A DNA stretch of 64,000 nt, from positions 22,962-86,961 of the IMG/VR virus record IMGVR_UViG_3300028026_000005. One strand, written 5' to 3'. This DNA is from a virus. The notes beneath the pieces were generated by a model that was given only the letters and a program-made list of their open reading frames with translations, searched no databases and had not been told where the DNA came from. Numbering within the stretch: position 1 is the first letter of the stretch; each line of letters starts with the position of its first letter. This document shows, one piece after another, positions 55,903 to 64,000 of the stretch. The position numbers were made by a program, and so were the translations under genes.

Positions 55903-57580
55903 GAGCATCGCGAATTAAGTTAGATCGCTTAACTTGAGCTTTAACTATTTTGCTAGCCAATCGCGCGTAAACCATTGCATGACAAAAATCATCTGGTTCG
56001 TCTACTGAATGATCATAATAAAATCTTGAAACACCAAGAGTGCCAGTAGTTTGATCGGAGAAAATATGCAATATGTCTTGAGCTAAATAGTCCCACGTTT
56101 CAAAGTACGGAACCATAAGTTTTCTCTCTTTAATATCATTAAAAAGATCAGCCATGCTTTGAGTCCTGTTTGCGTGATATTCTTTTGGTGGGCCTTTTAC
56201 AAAATGTAAATCTTTGACGGAATTAACATACCTTAGCGACCAGAATCGTTGTGGAAAGTGAGCTTGAAAGGCAGGGTTGAAATATTCTCCTCCGCCCCCA
56301 GCGTCTGCAAAGGTAAAGCGTGGCTTGATCGCGTAAAGGAATTTACCTAACAGTTCACGCATATCTCTCTCGTTTGCTTCTTGCCCTTTGAAACGATATC
56401 CAAAGAGTAGTCTTGTTCTCGAATCATCAATCAATTCGAGGACTGCGAGCACTGTTGCTGAATTGATGTCTGGCCCCCAATCAATCCCGCAAACTAGAGG
56501 GTGTCTTTGCGCTTTAACGAGTTCTGGTCCACGGTCTAGAATTTGACTCTTTGTTAGTAATTTGTAGTTTCCAAACTCGCCAGCTTTGCGTAACTCTATT
56601 TCAGACAATGGCCTTGTGGCGTGTTCTGCGGATAGGGCTAACACTTCATTGTTAAACTTTGCCTCACTATATTCTTCCCGTGGCTCTAAAATTTTATCTC
56701 TCCAGTGGGATTCGCTCCTGATGATCCACGGCACCATCAGCTTGCATATTCTAAAGCCTCTTACGGACGCCTTTGGGTTACCTGCAACCCACCTAGCTTT
56801 TTTGGGGTTTAATGGGTCTAGTGGCTTTCCACATGCGGAGCATATAGGTCCAACTTTACCGATATTGTCTGCGCTAAGAATTTGCTCTTTGTTACAATGC
56901 TCGCACGTGACGATCCATTCTGCTCTAGTGCTTCTTTTCCAATAATATTCCGTACTGTGCTCGAATGTTTTTGGCGTGCCTGCATACCAAACCCACCCAA
57001 GTTCTGAGTGGGATAATGCTTCTTTTACGACTGGGATATGATCAGCCAAGATGTCCTGTAATTCATCAACAGCTAAAATGTCGGCGGTAATCCCTCGTGT
57101 TCTATCTGCGCCAGTGCCAGTCAGTACTGGACGTAAGTAAAAATGACTTCTGTTAGAAAGTTCCTTGTCCATGACGTGATGGCTTCCAGAAGTGCGTTGT
57201 TTTGGGATAAATAATTTAACGACAGGAGAGTCAATCATGAAGCGTTTGAGTTTTTGATTCGAAAAATCACGAAGCTGAATAAAAGATGGGTTAATGTAGA
57301 TGATGCCTATGCCGGGGTACTGTAAGCCTGCTACTATGGCTTTTGCAGCTATTGTTGTTGATTTTTCGCACTGCCTGGCGAACCTTAGGAGCAAAGGCCT
57401 GTCGGGCGGCCCGTCATAAACGGCTGGCAAATATGGTCTGCCGGATAGGGAGAATGGTTTGCGGTCGAGGACTAGTATCTGTTGAGCTATTTGATGTTGG
57501 TATCCCGCTAAAACGATTTTGTCGTTTTGCGCCTTTTTGAGGCCTGGTAGCTCACCATGAATGGAAACGTAACGGGACAC
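55886..57580 (-). CDS. terL: Terminase large subunit (GpA-like)
   Basis: RQCEKST Walker A variant, LAVDELQD Walker B, GTPKT, CEHC..CSAC Zn finger, RNase H-like GIDWG and DDFCHA. Confidence 0.88.
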   Translation of the reverse strand: MSRYVSIHGELPGLKKAQNDKIVLAGYQHQIAQQILVLDRKPFSLSGRPYLPAVYDGPPDRPLLLRFARQCEKSTTIAAKAIVAGLQYPGIGIIYINPSFIQLRDFSNQKLKRFMIDSPVVKLFIPKQRTSGSHHVMDKELSNRSHFYLRPVLTGTGADRTRGITADILAVDELQDILADHIPVVKEALSHSELGWVWYAGTPKTFEHSTEYYWKRSTRAEWIVTCEHCNKEQILSADNIGKVGPICSACGKPLDPLNPKKARWVAGNPKASVRGFRICKLMVPWIIRSESHWRDKILEPREEYSEAKFNNEVLALSAEHATRPLSEIELRKAGEFGNYKLLTKSQILDRGPELVKAQRHPLVCGIDWGPDINSATVLAVLELIDDSRTRLLFGYRFKGQEANERDMRELLGKFLYAIKPRFTFADAGGGGEYFNPAFQAHFPQRFWSLRYVNSVKDLHFVKGPPKEYHANRTQSMADLFNDIKERKLMVPYFETWDYLAQDILHIFSDQTTGTLGVSRFYYDHSVDEPDDFCHAMVYARLASKIVKAQVKRSNLIRDALTYPG

Positions 57581-57583
57581 GAG

Positions 57584-58573
57584 CTAATCTTTCTCTGGTT
57601 CCTTGTTTTCTTCGCCCTCGACCTCTATGTACGGGAGTTCCTCTTTTGTTGGCTGTATCTCTATACCACGAATATGCTCTTTGGCTTCCGCTAATTCTTG
57701 GTTTCTTTCGTGTTCCAGAGAAGAGTATGGCAAAAATACCGACACAATATTAGCTAGTCGTTCGCAAGCTGGATATTTTTTTGCATCTTGCATTGGATCA
57801 TCAGTAGGCATAAGAAGGCGCATTAAGCAATGGTATGCCGTTGAGACGACATTATCGGCCATGTTTTTTGGTATTTCGCCAGGGATTACACCTAGCTTGA
57901 GTAAAAGTAGCCCGTCATCCTTTTCTCGCAAAGCTTCCAAGTATATTGACTTACTAGCTCCTGCTGGTAAATTTCCTGGAAGGAGAGTTTCTATGTACTT
58001 AGTTAGGGCTTTGGAACCATAGGCGCTTAAATCCCAAAACAAATCTTTGTATGCTTCGATTATTTTTGGATTAACGACAATGGTTAGATACGATCTGATC
58101 GCTTGAGATAATTTAACGGAAGGAAGTCCGCGAATAGTGTAGATGTCGACAAGAAGGCGTACCAGTCCACCTGCACCAAAAAGAATCTTATCTTCTATTT
58201 CGTCAAGTAAATCAACTGTTTTCGTTTTGCTAAGTTCAAACTTAACTTTGCCTTCGGGCTTAAGGAAATCCCAATAATTTTCTAACTCAAGGAGTTTAAT
58301 TACTTCAGGTGGCGGAGGAGAGTTCCAGTCCCACGCCTTAATGGTTGGGTGGTCTTTCAAGTTGTCAAACCATAACTGAAGTTCGTTGCTCGTAATGTCG
58401 GCTATGTGATAATTTACTGTGAAGAGCTCAATCTCATGAGGATCGGTTTTTGTGAGGAATAATGCTTTAAGAAATCTCCTTTGGGGAAGGCTGTCAAGAG
58501 GTGAGGCACCAGCAGCCTCGGCAACAACGAGATGTTTTAACCTCTTGAGAACTTTCTGGGGGATATTGCTCAT
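57584..58573 (-). CDS. Hypothetical protein upstream of terL (terminase small subunit candidate)
   Basis: Position only; helical with an acidic tail. Confidence 0.4.
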   Translation of the reverse strand: MSNIPQKVLKRLKHLVVAEAAGASPLDSLPQRRFLKALFLTKTDPHEIELFTVNYHIADITSNELQLWFDNLKDHPTIKAWDWNSPPPPEVIKLLELENYWDFLKPEGKVKFELSKTKTVDLLDEIEDKILFGAGGLVRLLVDIYTIRGLPSVKLSQAIRSYLTIVVNPKIIEAYKDLFWDLSAYGSKALTKYIETLLPGNLPAGASKSIYLEALREKDDGLLLLKLGVIPGEIPKNMADNVVSTAYHCLMRLLMPTDDPMQDAKKYPACERLANIVSVFLPYSSLEHERNQELAEAKEHIRGIEIQPTKEELPYIEVEGEENKEPEKD

Positions 58574-60879
58574 AGCGACAATTCTTTTAGGTCTTCAAGG
58601 GTTGTAATAACTGATTCTATTCCAGTTAAAGATGAAATTATTGACTGAGAAGGGAGATTTGCTCCTAGTTGAGTGGACATAAGCATCTGAGCTAATAGGT
58701 TTTTTGTATTTTTCAAGACAGGTACTTGTTGGACGAAAACATGAATGTTCTCCGGCCCTATAAGCTGAACGCTAATAAGGTTCTCGCCCAACGCTTTTGA
58801 ATCAACAATGCTGCCACCACATTTTTCGAAAGCTTCAACAATGGCTGGTGAGGTAGAAATCTCTATAGCCTCAACTATAAGGTTTTTAGCTATCCCGTTG
58901 GTAGTTTGGTGTAAACTTGCTAGCTTGTCTTGAGTCTCTTTGCTTAAAGTTATTCTACCCGCGCGACTGATTTCGTCAACAACATTTCTCTCAACAAAGA
59001 TATCAAAGGCGTATGAGAATTCGGTAAAACCATCATTTTTAAGTTCTAAATCTTTAATTTTTTCTTCGATAGCGTTAAGAATAGCGGAAACAGTTTCACC
59101 TGACATGCCGTAACGCTTCAGTATTAACGCGCACCGTTCACGTTTGCAGGTTACCTCGAACTTTATGTTTGAACCCAAAGGGTCTTTTGTTGTGTCAGAT
59201 ACTTCTTCTTCTGCGCGTTGTATCACTTTTAGTGCGTACTCGTCATTTGGGAGGGCACGTATTGTAATTTCGACTCTTCTTGGGAGGTAATTTGGGGGCC
59301 TAGAGAACTCTAAATTCAAGCTGTTTTTTGTAAGATCTAGCTGTACAAATACAGCGCTTCCTGGGATTTGTAAGGATTTCTTTTTTGGGTCAGTTGAATC
59401 GGAAAGTAAATATCGTTTAAGTCCATCCAGGGCTGTGATTTGGTATGCTCCGCAGTAGAATGAGTCGAACTTAACAGAAAAAACAACATTGTCTTCCGCT
59501 TCGGAAAAAGATTCTGTAATTGTTCCAGGTGGAGTTGCAACCCATTTATCATCAGTTAAATCAAACCATACAAAACAGCCTGTTGTTCCACTTAGCGGCT
59601 GCTGCGTGCCGCATTGCTCAAGAAAGCTTAAAGTCTCATTCATGTCCCCAGTTTCTTTTGTCTCGAATGGAAAAAAATCTTCCCCTTCTTTTTGTTCGTA
59701 AATGTGGACTCTTTTGCTTTCAGGGTCTATGAAAATATTCATCTTTCCCACTGGCTCTGGTACGAAAGAATCTAAATTCAGCACAACTAGAGGGCCTGAA
59801 TAAGTTCTAACAAAACAGAGAGCTGTAGGCTTGGATTCTAGCTCTTTTTTTACATCTTGATCAATTTTTGTGTTTTCTGAATCTTTGTCTTTGATGCCAC
59901 TTATAAAAACTTCATCAGGAGAGACGGTAGGGACATTTATAACCTCGACAGATTCTCCAATTTTTAGGGTAGACAGAGTATCGGGGTCGAACCCTCTAGG
60001 CTTAAGTGAGTCGTTAATTACTTCGCTTGTTGCCTCAAATTGAATGGGATCAGAACCTTGTTTGACCAGCAAGTCAGTGTCAAGTTCGAAAACACTTGAA
60101 CTTATTTTTGTAAGCATTAGGACTTTCTCGTCCAGTAAAATTTCGGATGCCTGTTTATAAAAGGCGTCCTCACTGGCTGCGCTACCCAAGAAAGCTACAG
60201 CGGCAGGGAAAACATTTTCGAATTCTTTTGCTAGCCGTGGATTTTCATTGAGTTGAGTAAGAATTCTACCAGCTGTTTTGTCAAGTAGCGGCAATTCAGG
60301 TAAAATACTTTCCACTTTTACCAAGCCATTGTTGGCGGTTAGGATAGCTCCAGAGTTAAGTTTCTGACTAAACTCTTGCAGTGTCGTTCCAATCCCGAAA
60401 TTGCCGTACTGGTTTTTTGAAGAAGTGAACCCTAAAGGCTGAACAGGTTGGCTACTTGCGATAATCTTTTCAATGTTTTCTCTTGTTAATAAATATGGCT
60501 CACCTGTTGAGGTGTAGAACAAGAGCATGGTTTGGAGCATGTTGTTGGTAACAAAGATTGGTATCCTAATGACGGTACCGCTGCGATTTAATTGTCTCAG
60601 TTGCGTTCTACCTGTCTCTGGATCGGTATCTTGTTTTGGAAGTTCTAATTCTTTTGGGGTCAAAAGAATCGAAATATGTCCAACGCCATTACCTCTGGCA
60701 AGATCTGTTTTTTCCCAAGTTAAATGTTTTTGAGAAGACTTAAGCTCAGGATGATCTTGGTCTAACAATCTTAAAATTTCAGGGACCCAATCTTCTGGAG
60801 AAGATGTTTTTAATTTGGTAGGTGTTAATGGCTGAGACTCTATGTCGAACATAAAATCATTATTCAAACCTGTCGTCAC
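58570..60879 (-). CDS. Large hypothetical virion protein with K-x-A motifs
   Basis: 769 aa; DKTAG, YKQAS, DKLAS; coupled to neighbours. Confidence 0.65.
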   Translation of the reverse strand: MTTGLNNDFMFDIESQPLTPTKLKTSSPEDWVPEILRLLDQDHPELKSSQKHLTWEKTDLARGNGVGHISILLTPKELELPKQDTDPETGRTQLRQLNRSGTVIRIPIFVTNNMLQTMLLFYTSTGEPYLLTRENIEKIIASSQPVQPLGFTSSKNQYGNFGIGTTLQEFSQKLNSGAILTANNGLVKVESILPELPLLDKTAGRILTQLNENPRLAKEFENVFPAAVAFLGSAASEDAFYKQASEILLDEKVLMLTKISSSVFELDTDLLVKQGSDPIQFEATSEVINDSLKPRGFDPDTLSTLKIGESVEVINVPTVSPDEVFISGIKDKDSENTKIDQDVKKELESKPTALCFVRTYSGPLVVLNLDSFVPEPVGKMNIFIDPESKRVHIYEQKEGEDFFPFETKETGDMNETLSFLEQCGTQQPLSGTTGCFVWFDLTDDKWVATPPGTITESFSEAEDNVVFSVKFDSFYCGAYQITALDGLKRYLLSDSTDPKKKSLQIPGSAVFVQLDLTKNSLNLEFSRPPNYLPRRVEITIRALPNDEYALKVIQRAEEEVSDTTKDPLGSNIKFEVTCKRERCALILKRYGMSGETVSAILNAIEEKIKDLELKNDGFTEFSYAFDIFVERNVVDEISRAGRITLSKETQDKLASLHQTTNGIAKNLIVEAIEISTSPAIVEAFEKCGGSIVDSKALGENLISVQLIGPENIHVFVQQVPVLKNTKNLLAQMLMSTQLGANLPSQSIISSLTGIESVITTLEDLKELSL

Positions 60880-62015
60880 GATATTTGTACTCCTTTACTC
60901 AGGGCCTGCCAACTCCAGCTTTGCAAGGCCGCCATAAGATATGCGCCGATTTCTTTTGCTATTGGCGAAGAAGTCGCCCCAGAGCTTCCTGGCAAAGTTA
61001 TAGGGAGATTGGCAGGTAAAAGTGTTGTTTCAAGAGGCGCTCCTGGCGCCTGTGGGGGGCCTACTATGCAGTACATTGCAAACGTCCACAACATTGCGAA
61101 CAAACTGTTTCCTCGCACTGCTTGCTCGTATCCGATGGGTAGAAATCCTGGTGCAGGTAGTTTTGGCCCAGGAAACACAAGACCATTGCCTAAGCGTACC
61201 CATTTTGGCGAGCTAATAATAATGTTACCGTTTGGTTTCAATACTATAACGGCACGAATCAGTTGCGGTTCCGCAGAGCCATGCACGGGACCTATTCGTG
61301 GCATGAAAGGCGTTTCCGTGCTAAGCAATGGGATGCTTCCAGATTCTACTCGGATCTCTCCGTTTTTGTCGATATGTATTCGCGAGTTCTCAACCCTTGT
61401 CACGGCATTGTTTGTGTGCATCTCAAATACACCATTATTTTTCCCTGCTCTGATAGTGACAACTTCTTTTGTGCCAATTAATGGCTCTTTGTCACGAACT
61501 TTCATTGTAAACGTCGTCTCCCCTTCATCGTTATCCCATTCTACCCTACCTCCATCTGTGTCCATGCTGAATTTCGAGCTATGCAGTTGTATCCAGCCTG
61601 TAGGCGACCATAACATATTTGCTCTTGCGCTTGCAGCAACGATGACGGACCCGTCGCGCAGGAGTTGCATCCTACCTCCTCCGGGACCAACTATAGTTCT
61701 TCCTCCTCTTTGAGGTTTTTCTTTATATTCTGGGGCTTCGTTGGTGCCTTCTTTATTAGCTCTTAGCGACCCAAGAAGGAACATTGTGTGTGGATCCTCT
61801 CCGTCTCGACCGTCGTGCCACAGCATCATTAAGTCTCCGGCTTGCGGGATAGAGATGTCCCCAGAAGAACCGTCGGGGCGTTGATCGATGGACGCAATAT
61901 TTACGTTCCTAAATCTTTTGCCTCCATTAACTGTAACAACATCAGCTGTCCCATTTACTGGATTGCTCGATATGATTTGAACACATTCGGCTCTGTCGAT
62001 TATACCACTACTCAT
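60876..62015 (-). CDS. Baseplate hub/spike protein (gp5/gpV/VgrG-like N-terminal OB fold)
   Basis: GTADVVTVNG..FRNV..SIPQAGDLMMLW OB-fold pattern followed by beta-helix-like repeats IHIDKNGEIRVES. Confidence 0.65.
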   Translation of the reverse strand: MSSGIIDRAECVQIISSNPVNGTADVVTVNGGKRFRNVNIASIDQRPDGSSGDISIPQAGDLMMLWHDGRDGEDPHTMFLLGSLRANKEGTNEAPEYKEKPQRGGRTIVGPGGGRMQLLRDGSVIVAASARANMLWSPTGWIQLHSSKFSMDTDGGRVEWDNDEGETTFTMKVRDKEPLIGTKEVVTIRAGKNNGVFEMHTNNAVTRVENSRIHIDKNGEIRVESGSIPLLSTETPFMPRIGPVHGSAEPQLIRAVIVLKPNGNIIISSPKWVRLGNGLVFPGPKLPAPGFLPIGYEQAVRGNSLFAMLWTFAMYCIVGPPQAPGAPLETTLLPANLPITLPGSSGATSSPIAKEIGAYLMAALQSWSWQALSKGVQIS

Positions 62016-62056
62016 GCATTAAGAATACCAAAATTTTTGCAAAACGAAAGCTCAGG

Positions 62057-62085
62057 TTGACAAAGGTTAATTGAGGTGCTATAAT
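62057..62085 (+). promoter_or_regulatory. Consensus sigma70 promoter with extended -10
   Basis: TTGACA-N17-TATAAT, TGc before the -10. Confidence 0.85.
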
Positions 62086-62090
62086 TGAAA

Positions 62091-62103
62091 GCCGCTGAGT
62101 GGC
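62091..62103 (-). repeat. GCCAC-N3-GTGGC family variant (minus strand GCCACTCAGCGGC)
   Basis: Flanked by AAA and TTTTT; sits at the predicted +1 of the plus-strand promoter and upstream of the minus-strand operon. Confidence 0.7.
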
Positions 62104-62136
62104 TTTTTATAAATTGCTCTTTTTGCGAGGTATAAA

Positions 62137-62184
62137 ATGATACGTCCTGATATGCATAATAGTTACACTACTAGTAGACAATAA
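62137..62184 (+). CDS. Possible 15-aa micro-ORF MIRPDMHNSYTTSRQ
   Basis: GAGGT-N5-ATG; first ORF after the consensus promoter. Confidence 0.3.
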   Translation: MIRPDMHNSYTTSRQ

Positions 62185-62229
62185 ACCAGAGGTAAAGTAC
62201 TCTGTTTACTAATAGAAAAAGGAGAGTGA

Positions 62230-62451
62230 TTGCCAGTTGTAAAACCATCCTTTTTGAACAAAGCTGCCGCTGAAGAGCGGTTTATAAAAAACTTCCAGCG
62301 ATATCCTGGCTGGAGAAAAGACTTCTGGACGGAGACAAAAGAAGCCGTAAAAGACGCATTCGTGATTGGCTTAGTTTTATTTGTTTTCGGACTTGCAGCA
62401 ACAGTCCCAGCCGCAATAGCAGAAGCGCTTATCGATAAAGATAATACGTAA
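62230..62451 (+). CDS. Small membrane protein
   Basis: AAGGAG RBS; AFVIGLVLFVFGLAATVPAAIA hydrophobic segment. Confidence 0.6.
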   Translation: MPVVKPSFLNKAAAEERFIKNFQRYPGWRKDFWTETKEAVKDAFVIGLVLFVFGLAATVPAAIAEALIDKDNT

Positions 62452-62516
62452 ACAATAGATAATAATAGACAAACTTTGCATACAGGACTATTCTAACAGC
62501 GCCAAGGAGGCTTAAT

Positions 62517-63845
62517 GTGAATTTGCCTAAAAAGTTCCCAAAACGTGTGAGAACAACTGAACTTGTAAGGGCTGGTCTTTGCCCGTATAGAATTGCGTTG
62601 CATTCTAAGCACGGGATTAAAACGCCAGCGAACGAAAATATGATCATAGGTTCGATAGTCCATCGAATTTTAAGTATGGTTGATTTTTCGAAAGATTGGA
62701 ATAGCGAGCCGCTTGAAATACCGCCTAGGGATATGGCGGATAACAATGAAGAAGTAGTTTTTTCTTTTTCGGCAGCAACAAAAGCGTTGAAGCTTGCTAG
62801 AAAATATTTAGTAGATCGAGCGACTGGCTCTAAAATTATGGGAAGGGAGTTAGCTTTTGAAATAGAGGTTCCTTTTGTGTGGCATCCACCCAAATCAAAA
62901 GGAGAGCCCGTTTCAACGACAATAATACTAACTGGACACATAGATAGAGTTGACAGATTAATTAACGGTAAGGTATGCGTAACAGATTACAAGGTAGGTT
63001 ATAGTCGTGCGGATAAAGCGCAATTAATGATTTACTTGTGGGCGTTGCTTCAGTCGGAATTGTACGCAAACGAAAAAATGAACGCGCTAGACAAAGACGA
63101 CGATCGTAAATTTGTTGCTGGGGTTGACCTTGACCCAGAGGAGGTAGTGGCGCACATTAGGTTCGAATATATTCAAGAAAAAGGATGTTTCCCTGACGAG
63201 CGAGCTATTAAAGCAAAAGACCTCGTTTTGATTGAGTCTTATATAAAATATTTGCTAGATGTTTATTGCACGGCTGTAGTGTACCAAGACGCAGCTTATT
63301 CGTTTGGCGGTTGTGCTTGGTGTCCTTATTCTAAGCAGGACTCTTTATTTTGCGAGTATTACAAAGATCAAGTAGAGCGAATACTTACCGATGGAAAATC
63401 GATAGCAGAAATGTCGCCAGCAGAGAAGTTGCACTACTTTAGGATAATAACTTTGCAGAAAAACGATCTCGAAACGATGCGCACTAAATTATCTCGGGAG
63501 ATCAAGAAAGATTTGGTGGACGCGTATGACAATAAAATTATGGCGGACGGGTTAGAAGCGCAACTGGCATTTAGAAACATGACGATGATACGGCAAGAAG
63601 CAAATTGGCTTGTTCCGAGAGAGGTATTAGTCAAAGTAGGTAAACCGCACGAGAAGTTCGCAACAGAAGAAAATTTACAGTTACTGTCTGATGATGCTTT
63701 GCGGCAATTGCTTTACCTGCCGTTGAATGAATTGTCTAAAAAGTTTCCTGAATATTTAAAGGAGTTGTCCGAGCATATATTTGGCAGGACGTCCGTAACT
63801 TTGCAAGTAAAACCTACAAAAGTGAGTGACGGATTTGAGGCTTAA
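62517..63845 (+). CDS. Cas4/AddB-like PD-(D/E)XK nuclease with Fe-S Cys motif
   Basis: CPY..GSIVH, ELAFE, GHIDRVD, TDYK, QLMIY, CAWCPY..FC; AGGAGG RBS. Confidence 0.85.
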   Translation: MNLPKKFPKRVRTTELVRAGLCPYRIALHSKHGIKTPANENMIIGSIVHRILSMVDFSKDWNSEPLEIPPRDMADNNEEVVFSFSAATKALKLARKYLVDRATGSKIMGRELAFEIEVPFVWHPPKSKGEPVSTTIILTGHIDRVDRLINGKVCVTDYKVGYSRADKAQLMIYLWALLQSELYANEKMNALDKDDDRKFVAGVDLDPEEVVAHIRFEYIQEKGCFPDERAIKAKDLVLIESYIKYLLDVYCTAVVYQDAAYSFGGCAWCPYSKQDSLFCEYYKDQVERILTDGKSIAEMSPAEKLHYFRIITLQKNDLETMRTKLSREIKKDLVDAYDNKIMADGLEAQLAFRNMTMIRQEANWLVPREVLVKVGKPHEKFATEENLQLLSDDALRQLLYLPLNELSKKFPEYLKELSEHIFGRTSVTLQVKPTKVSDGFEA

Positions 63846-64000
63846 CGAACTATTCGGCAAGACACACGAGGGGGACAACACATCTCAAGGTGGAGTCCCC
63901 CTTGATAGTATCTCAGATTTTTTAAGAGCAATTTCTGGCTGGTGGGAAACAAAGTTGGCCGGTGGAGGCTCGACTGAACTGGCTGCTCTTACTCTGCTTG

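Noticed and set aside
62517-63845. CRISPR-Cas adaptation locus
   Set aside because: No cas1, cas2 or repeat-spacer array in the window.
1-64000. Alternative genetic code (stop-codon reassignment)
   Set aside because: Long conserved genes are intact in code 11, and TAA, TAG and TGA all end genes directly before the next RBS.
1-64000. tRNA, rRNA, integrase/att sites and tape-measure gene
   Set aside because: None recognised by eye; intergenic gaps are short and show no cloverleaf. A tRNAscan-SE or Infernal run is needed for a firm negative.

Overview
The window is part of the genome of a large contractile-tailed (myovirus-like) dsDNA bacteriophage that uses the standard genetic code, sigma70-type promoters and AGGAG ribosome-binding sites. 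From left to right it holds: (1) a short accessory/DNA-repair block with an ATP-dependent DNA ligase fused to a LigD-type phosphoesterase domain and a radical-SAM protein of the spore-photoproduct-lyase type; (2) baseplate and tail-appendage genes interleaved with probable internal-head proteins; (3) a PAS-domain gene and a lysis-like block (amidase, holin candidates); (4) the portal followed by a single 7.1 kb ORF encoding a fused beta-beta' multisubunit RNA polymerase with a 335-aa intein; (5) an island with a minimal HUH (Rep-like) endonuclease under a consensus sigma70 promoter and a convergent minus-strand operon; (6) prohead protease, scaffold-like proteins, decoration protein, major capsid, neck, sheath and tube; (7) a minus-strand operon with the baseplate spike/hub and terminase large subunit; (8) a Cas4-like PD-(D/E)XK nuclease. 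The most striking features not explained by gene labels are: a dispersed, strand-polarised GCCAC-N3-GTGGC palindrome, two inverted copies of which bracket the HUH gene; a pervasive K-x-A motif in head-associated proteins (candidate protease code); four ORFs with internal in-frame SD+ATG starts; a baseplate wedge gene apparently split around three unrelated genes; and a tail-fibre-like protein with a Sec signal peptide. All protein assignments come from motif recognition by eye, not database searches. No tRNA, rRNA, CRISPR array, integrase or tape-measure gene was recognised.
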